Below, piece by piece: positions 8,801 through 17,471 of a DNA stretch of 32,539 nt (positions are counted from its first letter, which is position 1; the number at the start of each line of letters is the position of its first letter). The DNA is taken from sequence record SRR2962707_2219. One strand, given 5' to 3'. Below the pieces are notes generated by a model. That model did no database searches. It saw only the letters and a program-made list of their open reading frames with translations, and was not told the origin of the DNA. The translations under genes and the position numbers were made by a program.

Positions 8801-9869
8801 TGGCCTGCCGCGCCATCGTCTCTTCGATACGCACCATTTCGCGGGTGGCGTACTGCGCCGGTTTGACCTCGCCAGTCTCGAAATCGACACCCTCGCCCGC
8901 AAGCATGACCAGCTCCGGGCTGGCCATGATCTGAGCCAGAAGGTTCTGAAACTGCTGGCCATCATCGATCCAGCGATGAAGGTGTTTGGCGATATCGCGT
9001 TCGTCAAAGACGCTCTTTTCCTTTGAGACGGCATCTATCACGATCTCGGGTCGGCGCGCGATCCGGGCGGCGTTCTCGCGGCGCAAATCCTCATGCAGCG
9101 CCATGCGATCAAGATCCGCTTCACGTCCTTCGGCTTGTGCTTCTTTGGCGATGTTGCGGGTCCGAACGCCAATCTTACCTTGCGGGGTGAGCTCAATTCC
9201 TTGTTCGGCGTAGGAACGATGATCGACACGCGCATCTATTCCGTTTCGCGCAAGATGGACATTCTGAACCTGCGCCCAGGCGGCGCGCATGTCGTTCAGC
9301 GTCCCACGATCACCGGCCCAAAGCCGGTATTGAATCTTGCCGTTCTTGCCGCGTTGAGGGGTCCCGTCAGAATCGAGAACCGGAACCTTCTTCGCCCCGA
9401 AACCCTCTTGGGTGAGCGGGCGCAAACTCGTCATGATGTGAACGTGCGGGTTGGCCTCAACATCATGATAGACCCAATCGGCAACAATCCCGCGCGACAA
9501 CATCTGTTGGCCGATGAAATCTCGCACCAGCGCAATGTTTTGCTCCTTGGTCAGCTCCTTTGGAAGCGCCAGGACGAACTCTTTCGATAGCTGCGCGTCA
9601 CGCCGGGTTTCGGAATGTTCGACCTTGTTCCAGAACGCCTCCGAGATCTCGGCGGCGCTCCGGCCCTCCATCATCGAGTGCAACCAGCCGGGAGCATCAT
9701 CGGGGGCCATAAACTCCGAATGGGCGACATTCTTCTTGTTCGAGAAGTCCGCTACGCGGTTCTCTCGCTCGAATTCCATCCGAGCGGCGTGCCGGTAGGC
9801 TGCGGCGGCAACAGCGCTACGCCCGTCGCCCCGGCTGATGACCTGACTTTCAAAATGGTAGATCGCCAT
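5802..9869 (-). CDS. traA: Ti-type conjugative relaxase TraA (MOBQ relaxase, RecD-like helicase, duplicated accessory domain, C-terminal BID)
   Basis: MAIYHF...SAVAAAAYR, NPHVHIM (HUH), DHRSY, Walker A GRAGAGKT, DEAGM, HGYATTIHKSQG; basic C-terminal tail. Confidence 0.96.
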   Translation of the reverse strand: MAIYHFESQVISRGDGRSAVAAAAYRHAARMEFERENRVADFSNKKNVAHSEFMAPDDAPGWLHSMMEGRSAAEISEAFWNKVEHSETRRDAQLSKEFVLALPKELTKEQNIALVRDFIGQQMLSRGIVADWVYHDVEANPHVHIMTSLRPLTQEGFGAKKVPVLDSDGTPQRGKNGKIQYRLWAGDRGTLNDMRAAWAQVQNVHLARNGIDARVDHRSYAEQGIELTPQGKIGVRTRNIAKEAQAEGREADLDRMALHEDLRRENAARIARRPEIVIDAVSKEKSVFDERDIAKHLHRWIDDGQQFQNLLAQIMASPELVMLAGEGVDFETGEVKPAQYATREMVRIEETMARQATYLSTHGSFGAQAHIRNEVLANHRQLSDEQRNAIALATGNERLALIVGRAGAGKTTMMKAAREIWEASGYRVAGGALAGKAAEGLQKEAGIESRTLASWALQWEQGRLKLDEKTVFVMDEAGMVSSRQMADFVSAAAHAGAKIVLVGDADQLQPIEAGGTFRALSEQIGFAELSTIYRQREQWMRDASMALARGNVSDALAAYQEKGHIIEKATKDEAIASMVDDWVADYDPNRTTLMLAFMRKDVAELNAQARAALIEKGVIEQGHAFRTANGIRNFAAGDQIVFLENEGSLGVMNGMIGRVVEAEQGKIIAEIGDPHSGDPRSGPDVRRVEIEQHIYAKIDHGYATTIHKSQGVTIDRVKVLASSMFDRHLTYVALTRHRDAVQLYVGADEFKRSIRVDHAAGVTGQMIDAGEAKFRDTEDAKPTPYVDLRDPAGIMHRLWGVSLPQAIGKANARIGDTITLRRNSTEEVKVKVVVVDEATGEKRFEDRIAERNVWTANVIEAGDPAFSRVGAEVLFSRPGKVDHAQGVTGELVEKGEAQFGDSRQAKPSPYADVKTPDAVVHRLWGVTLPEAISRAGAETGDTVSLRRSGAEEVTIKVPVKDAATGKTRIEERLVERNVWEARRLEAAETRAARLAKEPEKSALFGQLVARLSRSAAKSTTLDFTGSKLHAQAVAYATRRGLYGARVMKAAAVNQTRWLARQRDRLAAASRKLASFVERFGRDRTIVAQAMPAPSQPWLRGRATWRLTIEQAVEAKMQSDAQLTVHWTQIQDRMRNVYEKPQEAMASMGFAKALQGDRAAAETISDQLARDPQAYGPLRGKTGLFASSAAKAERDRAMNNVPALRDQIGNYVRLRAEIADLRTVELSRERDLQRIDVPAISAVGNQMLERVRDAIDRNDIDAGMAYALADKMVKGEIDRLNKSLDDKFGKRAFASKEPSGPAFEAAAAKLAEGDRAKLATAWPLFHASQQIAAQEQKQARQQARAQTQTRDQGMTR
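6926..7604 (-). repeat. Tandem internal duplication of a ~100-aa domain in TraA (period 375 nt)
   Basis: VDHAAGVTGQMIDAGEAKF...HRLWGVSLP...GDTITLRR...ERNVW versus VDHAQGVTGELVEKGEAQF...HRLWGVTLP...GDTVSLRR...ERNVW. Confidence 0.9.
7824..7853. repeat. 15-bp tandem duplication (CCCACTAYGTGGGTC x2) inside traA
   Basis: cccactacgtgggtc cccactatgtgggtc; in frame, encoding GDPHS-GDPRS. Confidence 0.85.
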
Positions 9870-9947
9870 CAGCCCTCGCCGGGCGCACAAGCGCCGATAA
9901 GCAGGCAGGGGTGGTTAGGCGAACGTGCCAATCAAGCCTCCAGGCGC

Positions 9948-9978
9948 ACGTCGCGAAGCGACGTATAAGCGCGCATTT
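9948..9978 (+). other. Origin of transfer (oriT), MOBQ/Ti type
   Basis: Inverted repeat ACGTCGC-GAA-GCGACGT followed by ATAAGCGCGCATTT, between divergent traA and traC; same layout as Ti/RSF1010 oriT (TAA(G/T)TGCG|CCCT). Confidence 0.85.
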
Positions 9979-10113
9979 AGAAAATGATCAAAAAAGCACC
10001 GGCAAGCCGGTTCCTTTCAGATGATTGCCCTCACGGGCAAACAACATATTGCCTTAATGATCGGAAAAAAGCTATCTTTTTTGCAGCTTTTAACCCACCA
10101 GAAAGGATGCAAA

Positions 10114-10338
10114 GTGGCAAAGCGTTCAAAATCGCCCGCTCAGATAAAAGCGGAAATTCAGCGCCTAAACAGCGAATTAGCGCAAGCCGAAGCTCGCGAA
10201 GGCGAACGGATCGGTGCTCTCGCTGTGAAGTCCGGTCTTCATGAAATTAATTGTTCAGATGCAGACTTTATCAAGGCATTCAAGGAGATTGCTGCCCGAT
10301 TTCGATCCGCGCACGAAAAGTCTGAACAGACGGCTTAG
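10114..10338 (+). CDS. traC: Conjugal transfer protein TraC
   Basis: GTG after AAAGGA; EIQRL..ELAQAEAREGERIGALAVKSGL...FKEIAARFR matches Ti TraC. Confidence 0.85.
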   Translation: MAKRSKSPAQIKAEIQRLNSELAQAEAREGERIGALAVKSGLHEINCSDADFIKAFKEIAARFRSAHEKSEQTA

Positions 10339-10354
10339 AGGCCGGCTGAACAGG

Positions 10355-10639
10355 ATGGAAAGAGAGCTTCAATTCGCCAAATCGGCGGAACGCCGGAAGG
10401 ACGCGCACGAAAAGATCATGCTGGGCGGCTTGGTCGCCAAGGCTGGTCTGCGCGATGAGGACAAGGCGGTGATCCTCGGTCTTCTCGTTGAGGCGGCCGA
10501 CGCTCTGAAAGATCACGATACACGCGAGCGTTTCAGGCTGCGCGGGAAAGCGATTTTCGACAATGACAGCAAAGCGGATATTGATGCTGGCCGCACCAGC
10601 AGTGCTGATGATCGGGGCCTTCTTCGCCCTGCGGGGTAG
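10355..10639 (+). CDS. traD: Conjugal transfer protein TraD
   Basis: RRKDAHEKIMLGGLVAKAGLR motif; between traC and traG; 3' end overlaps traG by 77 bp. Confidence 0.85.
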   Translation: MERELQFAKSAERRKDAHEKIMLGGLVAKAGLRDEDKAVILGLLVEAADALKDHDTRERFRLRGKAIFDNDSKADIDAGRTSSADDRGLLRPAG

Positions 10640-12512
10640 TGAAAACTGGTTCGCACAGTTTGGCACGTCACCATCGAGCTACCAGACATGGGGGCAGGTC
10701 GGTTTGACCATTCCCTATGGCGCGACGGCTCTCGTTGGCATCATCTTTCTGTTTGCCGCGCGCGGTTCTCTGTTCATCCAGTCGGCGGGCCAGGGCGCCC
10801 TTTTGGGTGCTCTGGCCCCTGCCCTCTTCGGCGCATGGATGGAGTACGCCCGGCTTTCCGAAATCGGGGTTCCTGCCGACGCGCACCTGACCTTTCTCGA
10901 CTTCTATTCGGCTGGCGGAATGCTGCTCTGCGTCTTCGTAGCCATGTTCGGGCTGCGCGTCGCGATAAAGGGCAATGCTGGCTTTGGTACGAACGCGCCA
11001 CGGCGCGTGACTGGCAGCCGCGCCATCCATGGTGACAGCCGTTGGATGGATGAAGCAACGGCAAAGCGGCTTTTCCCGTCCTCGGGCGGCATCGTCATCG
11101 GTGAAGCCTATCGGCCCGACAAAGATAGTGTCGCCGGCGTAAACTTCGATCCGCGGCGCAAGGAAACATGGGGGCGCGGCGGTGCCGCGCCACTTTTATG
11201 TTTCGATGCTGGATTCGGCTCTACACATGGCCTCGTCTTCGCGGGCTCGGGCGGCTTCAAAACCACTTCGGTCGTCATCCCGACCGCGCTCAAGTTCAAA
11301 GGCTCGCTAATCGCTCTCGATCCCTCGACCGAGATCGCGCCCATGGTTAGCGAGCATCGCGACCGCAATGGGCAGAAGATCTATACGCTCGATCCCAAAA
11401 CACCGCACTTTGGGTTTAACGTTCTCGACTGGATCGGCCTTCATGGCAACAAGCCCGAAGAGGATATCGCTTCTGTAGCGGCCTGGTTGATGAGCGAGAA
11501 GCCGCGCGTTACCTCTGGCTCGGATGACTTTTTCCGCACAATGGCCGAACAGCTCATTACCGCGATCATCGCGGACGTGGTGTTGGGCGACAATCCAGAA
11601 GGGGACAAAGATCCCGACGGCACAGCGACGCGCGACCGATCCTTGCGGATCGTGCGCAAGCGCCTGGCCGAACCCGAAGCGACCCTAAAGACCAAACTCG
11701 AAGAACTGCACACCGAAACCTCATCGCGCTTCGTCAAAGAGGTCGTTGGCCCCTTTATCAACATGACGCCGCAAACCTTCTCTGGCGTCTATGCGACCGC
11801 CGCCAAGGAAACACACTGGCTCTCCTACGAGAACTATGCCGCCGTGGTGTCGGGCAGTGCGTTCAAAACAGATGACATTGCCGACGGTCGTTCGACCGTG
11901 TTCATCAACATCGATCTCTCCACCCTCGAAAATCACCCCGGCATGGCCCGTGTGATTATCGGCGCGTTCCTCAAGGCCATCTACAACCGCAATGGCGATA
12001 TGCCCGAACGCGCACTCTTCCTGCTCGATGAAGCCGCCCGACTAGGCTACATGCGGATTATCGAGACGGCCCGCGATGCGGGCCGAAAGTACGGCGTCAC
12101 GCTGCTGATGCTGTTCCAGTCCCTCGGCCAGATGCGCGAAGCCTTTGGCGGGCGCGATGCCACTTCCAAATGGTTCGAGTCTGCATCCTGGGTATCGTTC
12201 TCGGCCATCAATGATCCCGAAACTGCCGAATACATATCCAAACGCTGTGGCACTACCACTGTCGAAGTCGGCCAGCTATCGCGCACATCGCGCGATATGG
12301 GGTCGTCCCGAACGCGGTCGATGCAACTCTCCCAACGGCCCCTGATCCTCCCCCACGAGGTCACACAGATGCGCTCCGATGAACAAATCGTGCTGACCAG
12401 CGGCAACCCTCCCCTCCGCTGCGGACGTGCGGTCTACTTCCGGCGCCCAGAAATGCTCCGCGTCGTCGGTCAACTCAATTTCGGCCCTGCTAAGGCGGGG
12501 GCAAAGGGCTAG
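10563..12512 (+). CDS. traG: Type IV coupling protein TraG (VirD4 family)
   Basis: N-terminal TMs; HGLVFAGSGGFKTT Walker A, LLDEA Walker B, GRKYG, RPLILPHEV. Confidence 0.95.
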   Translation: MTAKRILMLAAPAVLMIGAFFALRGSENWFAQFGTSPSSYQTWGQVGLTIPYGATALVGIIFLFAARGSLFIQSAGQGALLGALAPALFGAWMEYARLSEIGVPADAHLTFLDFYSAGGMLLCVFVAMFGLRVAIKGNAGFGTNAPRRVTGSRAIHGDSRWMDEATAKRLFPSSGGIVIGEAYRPDKDSVAGVNFDPRRKETWGRGGAAPLLCFDAGFGSTHGLVFAGSGGFKTTSVVIPTALKFKGSLIALDPSTEIAPMVSEHRDRNGQKIYTLDPKTPHFGFNVLDWIGLHGNKPEEDIASVAAWLMSEKPRVTSGSDDFFRTMAEQLITAIIADVVLGDNPEGDKDPDGTATRDRSLRIVRKRLAEPEATLKTKLEELHTETSSRFVKEVVGPFINMTPQTFSGVYATAAKETHWLSYENYAAVVSGSAFKTDDIADGRSTVFINIDLSTLENHPGMARVIIGAFLKAIYNRNGDMPERALFLLDEAARLGYMRIIETARDAGRKYGVTLLMLFQSLGQMREAFGGRDATSKWFESASWVSFSAINDPETAEYISKRCGTTTVEVGQLSRTSRDMGSSRTRSMQLSQRPLILPHEVTQMRSDEQIVLTSGNPPLRCGRAVYFRRPEMLRVVGQLNFGPAKAGAKG

Positions 12513-12710
12513 GCGGAAGCCAGCCCGTCCCCGTTTACCACAGGCTCGGCCATCACTACGGCGCTATTTGGAAGCGCGTTCTGGCCTCGCCTGCTCCGCC
12601 CGGTTTCCCTCGAAACCGGGCTCCGGCCCTACGGGCTGGAAAACGGGGCCGGCCCGGGCGTCTATATTGAAAGTGGCAATGCCACAGTGCTCACCGAGGG
12701 CAAGGGGTGG

Positions 12711-12739
12711 GTTCGATCCGCCTCCGGCGCGGATCGAAC
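12711..12739. terminator. 11-bp GC-rich hairpin downstream of traG (terminator-like)
   Basis: GTTCGATCCGC-N7-GCGGATCGAAC perfect stem; no clear U tract. Confidence 0.35.
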
Positions 12740-13041
12740 AAGGGGCAGAATCATTCACCAGTGCTGACCTTCTCGATGAGCCGGTCAAGCTGCGGCGCTC
12801 AGAAGAAAAATGTAGCGGAGGCTACGGGAAGGTCTAGGTTTGGTGGTAGCCTCTTTATCGCTGAACGCGGCCCAGGTGCTGACGCTCCGCCACCACCTTC
12901 CGACAGTCGCCAAGTCGGCCGAATCCAGAAAAACACATAGCGCCAAGTCCGTGGCTCGCGGGTTCGGTCTTCCCGGACTTTCGGGCGCCTACCGGCAGCC
13001 GAAACTCTTCAGGAGAGCGGACAGGCGGCTTCCCCTATGAT

Positions 13042-13659
13042 TTACCGTTTTGCCAACATCCGCCCTGCCAGTGCCTCGTTCCCTCTTAGCTTCAAGGCCT
13101 GCACTGCGCCGTCAAAGTCATGGATATCGCGGTTCTGACTAAGCTTGGACTTTGCAACAGTTTTGGTGACCTTGATCCGGAAGGCAACGATTTTGTCGAG
13201 CATTTCAAGCATGTAGTCGGTTGGCGCATCTGCCATTCTCCACGCATTGACGCCATTGACCCTGCGTTCCTGATCGCGGGTCAACAGTCCAATCGCCGCG
13301 CGCTTGCTGCGGGCGTCATGTTGGAATGAAATCGCGCCGTAGACGTGGACGATCTGGTAATTCCAGGTTGGAACATGACGATGGTGTTCCTGCTTCGATG
13401 GGTAGGAGTTGGGTGAGATGTAGCCATCGACGCCCCGAAAGATGGCCAAAATTTCCTGACCATCGTCGACAATGCGATGCATATCGTTAGCCAATGCAAA
13501 ATGACCGATCAGGTCGCCACTTTTGTCGAACAGCAAAGGGACGTGATTCGCAATGAGCCCATCAGATGTGTTCGCCACCACGCAGGCCAAGGGTGCTCCG
13601 GCGATGACTGATGCGATCTGATCGGGGTCGACCTCTTTGAAGTGGTCCGGCAAATACAT
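13042..13659 (-). CDS. FMN-binding negative transcriptional regulator (PaiB family)
   Basis: MYLPDHF, GHFALAN, YISPNSY, VPTWNY..VHVYG and KSKLSQNR motifs. Confidence 0.9.
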   Translation of the reverse strand: MYLPDHFKEVDPDQIASVIAGAPLACVVANTSDGLIANHVPLLFDKSGDLIGHFALANDMHRIVDDGQEILAIFRGVDGYISPNSYPSKQEHHRHVPTWNYQIVHVYGAISFQHDARSKRAAIGLLTRDQERRVNGVNAWRMADAPTDYMLEMLDKIVAFRIKVTKTVAKSKLSQNRDIHDFDGAVQALKLRGNEALAGRMLAKR

Positions 13660-13680
13660 CACGCGCTCCAATTTGTGTCG

Positions 13681-14292
13681 TCAGGTGCCCAAAATGAGCT
13701 TGATTGCGATTGCCCACATCACAAAGGCGATCACAGCTTCGAGGATACGCCATGCCACGGGGTTTGCGAATATGGGCCGCAGAAGCGCGGCTCCATAACC
13801 CAAGCCGAAAAAGAATAGAAATGAACCCATTACTGCACCAGCAGCAAATGCTGATTGTTGACCGGGAAATTGGGTGGAGATCGAACCGAGCAGGACAACG
13901 GTGTCGAGATAGACATGAGGGTTGAGCCAGGTCAGCCCGAGGCATGTCAGCAGAATTGGCAGAAGCTGCTTGTCCCGACGGGCGCCTTGTACGGTGAGGG
14001 TGCTTGTCGACCGGATCGCAGACGTCATGCTCTTTGCACCGTACCAAACCAGAAACGCTGCTCCGCCAATGCGCATGGCCGGGTCAGCCCATGGTAGTAA
14101 ACTTGCGATACGGCCGAAGCTGGTGACGCCAACAACAATCAGAATTGCGTCGGACACTGCACAGGCCAAGGACACCGCCAGCACGTGCTCTCCCCGCAAC
14201 CCTTGCCGCAAGACGAAGGCGTTCTGCGCGCCGATCGCAACGATCAGGGACAGTCCCATTCCAAGACCAGTTAGAAATACGGTTGTGCTCAT
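13681..14292 (-). CDS. argO: LysE/ArgO family amino-acid exporter
   Basis: LIVAIGAQNAFVLRQG and TWLNPHVYLDT signatures; divergent from an ArgP-like regulator. Confidence 0.9.
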   Translation of the reverse strand: MSTTVFLTGLGMGLSLIVAIGAQNAFVLRQGLRGEHVLAVSLACAVSDAILIVVGVTSFGRIASLLPWADPAMRIGGAAFLVWYGAKSMTSAIRSTSTLTVQGARRDKQLLPILLTCLGLTWLNPHVYLDTVVLLGSISTQFPGQQSAFAAGAVMGSFLFFFGLGYGAALLRPIFANPVAWRILEAVIAFVMWAIAIKLILGT

Positions 14293-14380
14293 TGCGTATC
14301 GCCCTGCTGTTTGCAGTTGCGATAGCGCATTGGTGCGAGTTAGAAAATTTAATGATGCTTAACGTGAATAAGGCCAACTA

Positions 14381-15274
14381 ATGATGCTCGACTATGGCGC
14401 TGCGGCGGCAGTAGCGATGATCGTCCGCACCGGCAGTTTCGAGAAAGCCGCCAAGGCCCTCCACGTCACGCCATCCGCCATCTCCCAGCGCGTAAAGCTT
14501 CTCGAAGAAAGGCTGGGCGCCGTGTTGATCGAGCGAGGCACGCCCTGTCGCGCGACTGAAAAAGGAGCGTGGCTGTGCCGTCATATGGTCCTGGTCGAGC
14601 AGCTGGAAAACAACCTGCTCGAGCAATTGCCTGAGCTTGGTGAAGTTAGCAAAGGGCCAGTGACGATAGACGTTGCCGTCAATGCAGATAGTCTTGGAAC
14701 GTGGTTCCTTCCAGCGGCGACGGCTTTTGCAGAACGCTCCAACGTTCTGCTCAATATCGCGGTCGACGATCAAGATCATACGGCTGATTGGCTGAAAAAG
14801 GGTCGGGTTCTTGCAGCCGTCACCTCCATGTCCGAACCAGTGGCAGGATGCGATGTGACCGCCTTGGGGAAATTACGATATGTCGCAACCGCCAGTCCGA
14901 AATTCTTCAGTCGCTATTTTTCAGATGGCGTAACAGCGGCAACGGTAGGCAACGCCCCTGCACTTACCTTCAATCAGAAGGACACTATGCAACAGGATTG
15001 GATTGCGACACACCTTTCCTCTGCCTGTGCGCCTCCGACACATTGGCTGCCATCGACTCAAGGATTTATCGAAGCTTGCATGCTGGGCATGGGCTGGTGC
15101 CTCAACCCAATCAGCTTGGTGCAGCCCCATATACAGGCGGGGCGCCTCGTCGAACTGATTCCGGGCACTGTGGCAGACATCCCGCTTTACTGGCAGATCA
15201 GCCGATGGGCTGAACGCCAATTCCCCGATTTAAAACATCACGTCCTCGATATTGCTCGCGCTTCGCTCCTATAG
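14381..15274 (+). CDS. argP: LysR-family regulator ArgP/LysG
   Basis: GSFEKAA..LHVTPSAISQRVK HTH; AVNADSLGTW, DDQDHT, FNQKD and PLYWQ, typical of ArgP. Confidence 0.9.
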   Translation: MMLDYGAAAAVAMIVRTGSFEKAAKALHVTPSAISQRVKLLEERLGAVLIERGTPCRATEKGAWLCRHMVLVEQLENNLLEQLPELGEVSKGPVTIDVAVNADSLGTWFLPAATAFAERSNVLLNIAVDDQDHTADWLKKGRVLAAVTSMSEPVAGCDVTALGKLRYVATASPKFFSRYFSDGVTAATVGNAPALTFNQKDTMQQDWIATHLSSACAPPTHWLPSTQGFIEACMLGMGWCLNPISLVQPHIQAGRLVELIPGTVADIPLYWQISRWAERQFPDLKHHVLDIARASLL

Positions 15275-15473
15275 GGCATGGAGAAGACGACAGCTTTCCA
15301 GATCTTTCGGTTCTCTCCTCAATGACCGCAATTGCGTCGATTCCTGCCATACCGATGATCTTTGAAATCACTTCACGTGAGTTCGATTGCGTACATTTTG
15401 ACCATGATGGGCTCCCGTCTTTCGTTGACCGGGGGCAGCGGGTTTGCCCGCCGCCCCTGCCGGGGCCGATCCA

Positions 15474-15818
15474 TCAGGACCGGCGCTCGCCGTTTAGGTA
15501 TTCGTTGGGGATGACCGCATAGAGCGTGTCGTCGTCCTGACCGGGATAGCGGCCGAGGTTGGCGTAGAACCGGGAGTGTCCGGTGCTGATGGTCAGCGTG
15601 TAGTAGGGTTCGTCATCCCGGTTCAGGCGCTGCCAGATGCCGCCGATCTCGACGCGACGGCCGCGCGGGCTCTTGGTGAAAAGCCGGAACTTGGGGGCCT
15701 TTTCGTTGTCGCTGACAACCGGCTCGCCGGTGATGTCGACGTCGAATGCGATGGTGGCGATGTTGCCAATGACAGTCTTGGCGTTGAGCTGGATGAAGTT
15801 GGAGAGGTTGTCGGTCAT
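15474..15818 (-). CDS. DUF736 family protein
   Basis: ATG after AAAGGAG; NEKAPKFR...VEIGGIW...YYTLTI...ANL pattern of DUF736. Confidence 0.75.
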   Translation of the reverse strand: MTDNLSNFIQLNAKTVIGNIATIAFDVDITGEPVVSDNEKAPKFRLFTKSPRGRRVEIGGIWQRLNRDDEPYYTLTISTGHSRFYANLGRYPGQDDDTLYAVIPNEYLNGERRS

Positions 15819-15827
15819 CGTTCTGCT

Positions 15828-16041
15828 CCTTTGATTTCGATTTGCCGATGGGAGCGAAAAAAGAGCGGGCACGAACCGGACTGCACCCGAAGGGCCGGAG
15901 CAAAGCGAAGGGCCGAATGACGACGCGATTTTGTTGCGCGAGGAAGGCCGCCAGGCCGGGGAAAATCGTGGCGGCATGAGGTTGCCGGACGGGACGCCGC
16001 TCTTAGCGTCCCATCATCGGCCAATCGATGAAAAACAAAGG
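15828..16041. promoter_or_regulatory. Long imperfect inverted repeat forming a structured leader of the DUF736 gene
   Basis: CCTTTG/CAAAGG, GCCGAT/ATCGGC, GATGGGA/TCCCATC and AAGAGCGG/CCGCTCTT pair between 15828-15868 and 15997-16041; the SD lies at the base of the stem. Confidence 0.55.
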
Positions 16042-16088
16042 GGCAGTCGCTCATGACCGCCCCATCCAATCAACCGGTCGGGCAATGC

Positions 16089-17471
16089 CTACCGGATCGG
16101 CCCGCCCCGCTCCTGCGTGCGATCTTTGACCTGGGCACGCTCTTGTACACGCAACTGGCTTAGGCCCTTGTCGAGCTTCCGCAGCGCGCTCCGTGCCTCC
16201 TGCAACGTCGATTGATCGATGCCGTGCTTTTCAGCCAGACCGGGCTTGAACTTGACGAGGCTCCGCAGATGGCCGGCATCATCGCCCAACCGCCGTTCAA
16301 ATGCTTTGACCGCGCTTCTCAGCTCGGCGGCCTGCTCCTCTGTGAAGGTGCGTCCTAAACGAATAGCCTCGCTGAGACCTTCGGATGGCTGGGGAACTGC
16401 CTGAAGGCTGCGGCGGGCAAGATCGTGCTTGTCGTAGCTAAGCTGTTGTCGGATCGAATGAACAAGCGCCAGATACTCGCGAAGCTGCGACTTCAGGGGG
16501 TATTGCTGCGCGACGGCATTGCGATGCTCCTGCCGCTCTTCCCGGCTCGAGAACGGACCATCCTTGCCGCGAAAATTGCCGAACTGTTTTGGATCCGAAC
16601 CAAAGGCATCGACCAGGCTGGTATCGCCCATCCGGCCCTCGAAAGCTGCCTTCTCGGCCGCTTCGAGGATCTTTGCGGGGTTGGCAAACACTTTCTCGGC
16701 CGAAAGATGAAGAGCAGCGCGGACCTGGCCATAGTTTTTGTTCTCAACCGCTCCTGCCTCCACTTCGGCCCGGGTTATGTGGGTATCGATCTCGCGCGAC
16801 GGGATAAGCGTCCTTTGGCTGGCGGCCGAAGCCTCGGGTCCCAGCCCTGCCAACGATTGAAGCGCCTGACTCATGGCGGCGCGATCAAGCGCGCCCTCGC
16901 GAATGAAGGGATTGAGGTACGAATCGAGATGACCCTTGCCGGGTTCCTGAAGCTCTTTGGTCAAGGCTGTGAGATAGGCGCGCTTTTGGGTCTGTGACCA
17001 GTCGATGTGGATTCCAGACCGCCGACAAAGATCGGCGTGGATGGTCATGATCGTTCGGCCATTGCCATCCAGAAATGGATGGGCATGGGCAAGATAGCCC
17101 ATGATCTCCCCCGGCCTCTCCCGCATGACGGCCACGTTCTGCCCGCGCTCAAGCGCATGATTGGCGGCAAGCTCGATATCGCGAGGGTGACTGAACATCC
17201 CTTCGATTCCGGCCTTAGTGATATCGATGTTGGGCGCGTTCTCGCGTCGGTCCTGTCCGGCCCAAGGATAAAGGTCGGAAAAGAGGATTGAATGAACCTC
17301 TTTTAAGTCCTTGTAGTCGAGATGATCGCGACCTTCCAAAATGGTCATTGCGCGCTCGACATTGCCGCGAAACGCGGCATGTTCGAGCTGCTTGACTTTA
17401 TCTGGATCTTTTTGCGCTGCGTGGTTCCTTAGATATCCGCGGCTGGCAAAGTCGCCGAACGGATCAAACAT
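16089..17471 (-). CDS. Fic-domain toxin fused to a C-terminal BID (T4SS secretion signal) domain, VbhT-like architecture
   Basis: Fic motif HPFLDGNGRTIM; C-terminal half (LIPSRE...FANP...DPKQFGNFRGKDGPFSS...VPQPS) aligns by eye with the TraA C-terminus (YEKP...DPQAYGPLRGKTGLFAS...VPAIS); basic tail. Confidence 0.88.
   Translation of the reverse strand: MFDPFGDFASRGYLRNHAAQKDPDKVKQLEHAAFRGNVERAMTILEGRDHLDYKDLKEVHSILFSDLYPWAGQDRRENAPNIDITKAGIEGMFSHPRDIELAANHALERGQNVAVMRERPGEIMGYLAHAHPFLDGNGRTIMTIHADLCRRSGIHIDWSQTQKRAYLTALTKELQEPGKGHLDSYLNPFIREGALDRAAMSQALQSLAGLGPEASAASQRTLIPSREIDTHITRAEVEAGAVENKNYGQVRAALHLSAEKVFANPAKILEAAEKAAFEGRMGDTSLVDAFGSDPKQFGNFRGKDGPFSSREERQEHRNAVAQQYPLKSQLREYLALVHSIRQQLSYDKHDLARRSLQAVPQPSEGLSEAIRLGRTFTEEQAAELRSAVKAFERRLGDDAGHLRSLVKFKPGLAEKHGIDQSTLQEARSALRKLDKGLSQLRVQERAQVKDRTQERGGPIR

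Noticed and set aside
9980-10110. TraR tra-box in the traA-traC spacer
   Set aside because: No convincing 18-bp tra-box palindrome and no traR/traI in the window.
12700-12745. tRNA fragment / integration site (GGTTCGATCC resembles a T-loop)
   Set aside because: No cloverleaf or CCA end; the motif is one arm of a simple hairpin.
12513-13040. Protein-coding gene downstream of traG
   Set aside because: Only short motif-less ORFs; the region is dominated by GC hairpins (e.g. CCCGGTTTC-CCTC-GAAACCGGG) that I could not assign.
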